A stretch of 39,473 bases of DNA, taken from the NCBI GenBank assembly GCA_038046385.1, contig JBBSWH010000003.1, forward strand, positions 1 through 39,473, read 5' to 3'. Each line of letters starts with the position of its first letter. Position 1 is the first letter of the stretch. Source of the DNA: Nanobdellota archaeon. Lineage in GTDB: Archaea; Nanobdellota; Nanobdellia; Woesearchaeales; GW2011-AR4. Position numbers and translations under genes: made by a program. Of the stretch, positions 35,522 to 39,473 are shown in pieces. The notes beneath the pieces are model-generated. The model was given only the letters and a program-made list of their open reading frames with translations, ran no database searches and was not told the DNA's origin.

Positions 35522-35953
35522 ATGGATGAACTGGAATTTGAAAAAGATTTGGGAGATCTCGTTGAACGAACAATTTCTTCAGGAAACCCAACTGTACAAT
35601 ACTACTTAGAAGCTATTCCAGCAATTTTTGATTATTTGAGGTTGACTGGTAGGGTCAAAACACAAACAGATTTTGCAAAGTTCATTGGCACAGATGCATC
35701 AAGATTAAGCAGAATTTTAAATTGGAAACAGTCCTCTAAAAAGGTTCTTAAAGATCCGCCCCCAGTCCAACTTTATAGGGCCGCTGTTCGCAGTCTAGGC
35801 GAAACCCTCGGAGTGCACCCATACAATATGGGATTAGTAGACCCTAGAGTCTGGACAATACACCATGATGCAATTTTGAAAGCTTATGCAGATATTCTAA
35901 CAAAAGCCATCCCTTCACATGCAGAAGCCGCAAAACTCAGAGATGGAGATTAA
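35522..35953 (+). CDS. XRE-type HTH protein
   Basis: TQTDFAKFIGTDASRLSRILN; upstream TTTAAATA. Confidence 0.7.
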   Translation: MDELEFEKDLGDLVERTISSGNPTVQYYLEAIPAIFDYLRLTGRVKTQTDFAKFIGTDASRLSRILNWKQSSKKVLKDPPPVQLYRAAVRSLGETLGVHPYNMGLVDPRVWTIHHDAILKAYADILTKAIPSHAEAAKLRDGD

Positions 35954-35960
35954 TTTTAAA

Positions 35961-36581
35961 TTATAATTCTTTAATTCCTTCTTTGACAAGAACTGCTGCA
36001 ATTATAATCCCGACAATGGGATCTGCCTGCCAAAACCCTATAAGGTAATTAAGCCCTAACCCAATAAAAAGAGCTATCGATAAGTAAATGCAGGCCAGCG
36101 TCTGTTTTGAGTCTACAATAATGCTTTTGCTCTTTATTGCCATCCCTACCTTTTGCTTTAAATGGAACAGCACCGTCATGACAACTATCGAGACGAGCGC
36201 TATTATAATCCCTATAACTGTCGGTTCCGGCTTTTTGTGCAAGTAGAGCTTTGAAACAGACACGTAAAGAATGTAAGATGCAAGCAAGAAAAAAGAATAT
36301 GAAATCATCTTTACGGCTTTTTCTTCTTTCTGCACTGCTTCTTTTTCGCTTAACTCACGGTGCTTTGTAAATCTCCATATTATTATAGTTCCAGACAATA
36401 ATTCCAAAAAACTATCCAGCCCAAATCCTATTAGCGCTATGCTCCCTGCCATTATCCCAAACAATATAGAAATAAAACCTTCAATTAAGTGGTATGCAAC
36501 ATTAAAATAAGATATTTTGAGTGCCTTGTCCTGCATGCCTTCTTTATAATTGTGATAATCTTCTTTTTTTGGTTTACCCAT
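35961..36581 (-). CDS. CDF-like cation transporter (TM domain only), copy 2
   Basis: IEG...GSIALIGFGLDS..E, DSKQT..C and WQADP. Confidence 0.85.
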   Translation of the reverse strand: MGKPKKEDYHNYKEGMQDKALKISYFNVAYHLIEGFISILFGIMAGSIALIGFGLDSFLELLSGTIIIWRFTKHRELSEKEAVQKEEKAVKMISYSFFLLASYILYVSVSKLYLHKKPEPTVIGIIIALVSIVVMTVLFHLKQKVGMAIKSKSIIVDSKQTLACIYLSIALFIGLGLNYLIGFWQADPIVGIIIAAVLVKEGIKEL

Positions 36582-36589
36582 ATCAAACC

Positions 36590-36631
36590 TTACAGTTCCT
36601 TAACCCCGTCTTTTGTCACAGCCATCAACAT
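36590..36631 (-). pseudogene. C-terminal remnant (MLMAVTKDGVKEL*) of a homolog of the 37295-37651 gene
   Basis: 30/39 nt identical to 37295-37333 (LMAVTKNGVVEL*). Confidence 0.75.
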
Positions 36632-36642
36632 TGTACTAATTT

Positions 36643-37287
36643 TCAGCAGCATTCAAGTTTCTCTTCTTTCAGCGCATGAACCCCTTCTTTGGCAAGAAAT
36701 ACTGCAATTATTATGCCAACAAGAGGATCAGCCTGCCAAAACCCTGCAAGGTAGTTAAGTCCCAATCCTATGAGGAGGGCTATTGAAAGGTATATGCATG
36801 CCAATGTCTGCTTTGAATCCACGATGACACTTTTGCTTTTTATTGCATTTCCTGCATTTTGCTTTAGCCTGAAGAGCACAGCCATCACTGCTATAGAAAC
36901 CAGCGAAATAACAATCCCGACCATTGTTGATTGGGGCTTTTCGTTGAGATATAGTTTTGATACAGATTCGTAAAAAATGTACGCCGCAAGAATAAAGAAC
37001 GAATACGAGACCCATTTAACTGCTTTCTTTTCCTTTTCAGCAACTTCTTTTTCACTTAACTCATGGTGGTTTGCAAATCTCCATACAATTATGGCTCCAG
37101 ACAGTGATTCCACAAAGCTGTCCAGCCCGAAACCAATAAGAGCTATGCTTCCAGCCACAGCCCCGAAAAATACAGAAATAATCCCTTCAATTATATTGTA
37201 GACTACAGTAAACCACGCAAGCTTAAGCGCACTTTTGTGAAAACATTTACCATCAACACAAATTTTTTGCAGTTTTTTCATATACAA
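36643..37287 (-). CDS. CDF-like cation transporter (TM domain only), copy 1
   Basis: Same motifs as copy 2; Cys/His at the termini (ICVDGKCFH, ECC). Start is TTG 37287 or ATG 37281. Confidence 0.85.
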   Translation of the reverse strand: MYMKKLQKICVDGKCFHKSALKLAWFTVVYNIIEGIISVFFGAVAGSIALIGFGLDSFVESLSGAIIVWRFANHHELSEKEVAEKEKKAVKWVSYSFFILAAYIFYESVSKLYLNEKPQSTMVGIVISLVSIAVMAVLFRLKQNAGNAIKSKSVIVDSKQTLACIYLSIALLIGLGLNYLAGFWQADPLVGIIIAVFLAKEGVHALKEEKLECC

Positions 37288-37294
37288 TAAAAAA

Positions 37295-37651
37295 TTATAA
37301 TTCCACTACGCCGTTTTTCGTCACTGCCATCAATCTTATTCCCAATCCTAACTTTAATAATGCCGACAAAATTGCCATGTGCTCTTTTCCTGTGCCGGAA
37401 ACCATGTTTAATGCAACATCCAAATCGTATATTTTTCCATCAAGGCTTTTTCTTATGTCTTCTATTAATTCTGAAACCGGCTTCTGGAAGTCGACAACAA
37501 CAAAATTCACTTTTTTGCTGCACTTAAAATTAGATTTTGATTCTTCATTTGCAATGAGAAACACATTTTTCCATTCCTGCGATTCAACAAGTTTAGCAAC
37601 ATGCGCCAAACCTTTTTCTCCTGATGAAATGCACGCAACCAAGTCTGTCAT
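37295..37651 (-). CDS. Small alpha/beta protein, possibly CARF-like, coupled to herA
   Basis: LVACISSG, NVFLI and VALNMVSGTGKEH motifs; starts 1 nt after the herA stop. Confidence 0.7.
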   Translation of the reverse strand: MTDLVACISSGEKGLAHVAKLVESQEWKNVFLIANEESKSNFKCSKKVNFVVVDFQKPVSELIEDIRKSLDGKIYDLDVALNMVSGTGKEHMAILSALLKLGLGIRLMAVTKNGVVEL

Positions 37652-37652
37652 T

Positions 37653-39170
37653 TTATTTCAGCTCGCTGAATTCTGTAACTGTTTCTTTGCTTTTGTTTTT
37701 TATATTTTCTTCAAAGTTCGGAATTCTTATAGGTGTTACAAACCTTGCAAAATTGCTTGTTATAAGCGCGTCTCCGATGTCAAGAGAAGCAATTGTCCTG
37801 TCGTCCTCGCTTAAATCTTGGGCAGCGCTTTCAATTATCGCCTGCCTTTCTGGCTTCATTTCTATTCCAAGAATTATTTTTGTGTTGATGTTTGCAAGAA
37901 TCTCTCTTGGGATTAATGATGGCAACTGCGTTATTGCGACAATTCCGACTTTGAATTTGCGTCCTTCTCTTGCAATTGTTGAAAATATATTCGGGCCGGC
38001 TTCAAGCACATCTTTTCCAAGAACTCTCGGAGCTTCTTCAAGAACAATTGATATTACAGGTTTTGAATCCAAAACCCCGTTCATCTTGTGATATTTGTAC
38101 CTGTTGAATGCTTCGTTTGCAATCAAGCTCCCTATCAAAAGTTCAACTGCTCCTGAAAAATTGGAAGTATCAACTATGACTGTTTTGCTGTCTTCAAGGT
38201 GCTTGCAGATGTCGCTTACCACTGCTGCGCCTGCATTCAGCTGGAATGCGCCGTTGCAGTGCAATTGAGAGTTTGAAAATTCAAGGTCGAGAAGATACAA
38301 TAATCTTCTTTTTACAACAGACATTGTGTCGTCTTTGAAAACCCTGCCGATGCTCAGGTCTCTTTCAAGAATTATTGCTTCTATCCATTTTTCTCCGTAT
38401 TCTTTGTAATATAAATTCAGACACTGCCTTTGCGCGTCGCTGAAATCAACAACACCGTCAAAATGATGCGGCTTGATTATGCTCAAGTTCATCTTTAATG
38501 TGTTTGCGCCTGCAGGCGGGTTTTTTGGAGTGTAATAAACTATTTTTTTTGACGGATGGTCTTTTAATCCGAATCTGTTTCTCCCGTAATATTCATCATG
38601 CGGATCAAGAACAAGAATGCCGCAGTAATCAGGCGCTGCAGAGTTCCACAACAAGTTTGAAACCAAAACACTTTTTCCTCTTCCCGTGGTCCCTGCAATA
38701 AGAATGTGATGTGAGAATATTTTTTCACCGTCAAGATAAATCGGAACATCAAGCATTTTTGAGCCGGATCTTAAATTTCCTAAAAATAACGGGTTTTTTG
38801 GCGTTGTCAAAAATGATAAATCATTTTTTGTTATTTCCCTGACTTCTGAAAAGATTTTTGGCAGGGACTTGCTCATGAATGCTTTCTTGTCTTTGATTAT
38901 TGCAAGGCTTTTCAGCATTGCAAGCATGTAATTTCTTAAATTCGCATCAAAAAGCTCGAAATCTGTGTTTTCCTCTAATTTCATTCCGGAAATCATTTCA
39001 AGATTTTGCTGTGATATCTGGCTTCCGTAAACTAAGTCATAAGCTTGGAGAAGAATCTTGCCTTCATCAGAATCTGCTATTAATAATTCCCCTATTTCGA
39101 TGTTTTCATTGGATTTCTGCCTTGCTACAATGCGCCCGAATTCGCCTGAGATAACCTGACCTTTTACCAC
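37653..39170 (-). CDS. herA: HerA/FtsK-family (DUF87) ATPase
   Basis: N-terminal HAS-barrel-like region, [35 protein letters not shown] and ITQLPS. Confidence 0.9.
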   Translation of the reverse strand: MVKGQVISGEFGRIVARQKSNENIEIGELLIADSDEGKILLQAYDLVYGSQISQQNLEMISGMKLEENTDFELFDANLRNYMLAMLKSLAIIKDKKAFMSKSLPKIFSEVREITKNDLSFLTTPKNPLFLGNLRSGSKMLDVPIYLDGEKIFSHHILIAGTTGRGKSVLVSNLLWNSAAPDYCGILVLDPHDEYYGRNRFGLKDHPSKKIVYYTPKNPPAGANTLKMNLSIIKPHHFDGVVDFSDAQRQCLNLYYKEYGEKWIEAIILERDLSIGRVFKDDTMSVVKRRLLYLLDLEFSNSQLHCNGAFQLNAGAAVVSDICKHLEDSKTVIVDTSNFSGAVELLIGSLIANEAFNRYKYHKMNGVLDSKPVISIVLEEAPRVLGKDVLEAGPNIFSTIAREGRKFKVGIVAITQLPSLIPREILANINTKIILGIEMKPERQAIIESAAQDLSEDDRTIASLDIGDALITSNFARFVTPIRIPNFEENIKNKSKETVTEFSELK

Positions 39171-39259
39171 AATTCTGGAGAAGTTATGGGATTATATAAA
39201 GATTTAGATAAGTCCCTATGAGTAACTTTTATAAACCGCCCTTTTAATCTAACCATTAC

Positions 39260-39388
39260 GGGTCAGTAGCTCAGCTTGGATAGAGCGACAGACATCATGT
39301 GTCGAACCTTCTATCTTTGCTGGCAGTAAGCTGAGAAGCCTTTAAAGCTTCGCTTAATAGGTCGGGGGTTCGAATCCTCCCTGACCCG
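39260..39388 (+). tRNA. tRNA-Arg(TCT) with three introns: 30/31 (39292-39306), 37/38 (39314-39328), 42/43 (39334-39357)
   Basis: Splicing gives GGGTCAG TA GCTC AGCTTGGATA GAGC G ACAGC CTTCTAA GCTGT AGGTC GGGGG TTCGAAT CCTCC CTGACCC G with a perfect ACAGC/GCTGT stem. TTTATAAA upstream, T-tract downstream. Confidence 0.92.
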
Positions 39389-39426
39389 TTTTTTATTATA
39401 GAATGATAAGGATTCAATTTTTTAAT

Positions 39427-39473
39427 GCGAGCGTAGCGAGCACTGGGGTTTAATTCCCCGACCTTCAGGTCGT
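39427..39473. repeat. Palindromic element downstream of tRNA-Arg(TCT), truncated by the window end
   Basis: GCGAGC-gta-GCGAGC (hairpin with tandem G.A), GGGG..CCCC and CGACCT-tc-AGGTCG. Confidence 0.5.

Noticed and set aside
39309-39315. Amber suppressor tRNA (TT-CTA) or alternative genetic code
   Set aside because: The TCT reading gives a perfect ACAGC/GCTGT stem with Arg-type exons, and TAG terminates normal genes here (gatE, atpH, atpF).

Overview
AT-rich archaeal chromosomal segment, most likely from a DPANN archaeon such as Woesearchaeota. This is an inference from gene content: GatDE, Dph2, ABCE1, A-type ATPase, BHB tRNA introns, shortened housekeeping proteins and a bacterial-type PGK. 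It carries an APC permease-methyltransferase fusion, dph2, cdc48, gatD/gatE, an AbrB-PhoU regulator, a complete atpHIKECFABD operon, pgk, ABCE1, a RelE-like pair, a STAND-like orphan NTPase, a MacB/LolCDE-type ABC operon, tandem CDF-like transporters and herA. There are three intron-containing tRNAs: Arg-CCT with 2 introns, Thr-CGT with 1, and Arg-TCT with 3 introns and internal exons of 7 and 5 nt. The most unusual signal is non-genic. Short GC-rich hairpin cassettes, mostly with triloops, occupy operon junctions, an in-frame site in pgk and a tRNA intron. At three operon junctions the cassette is spanned by a mini-ORF running from the upstream stop to the downstream start. Two of these are flanked by a duplicated start-codon region, and two are homologous and read in the same frame. 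Other points of interest are a clean 164-bp MITE (14-bp TIR, 8-bp TSD), an ABCE1 that has lost exactly one Fe-S cluster, and a degenerate echo of tRNA-Thr. All calls are by eye; no searches or folding programs were run.
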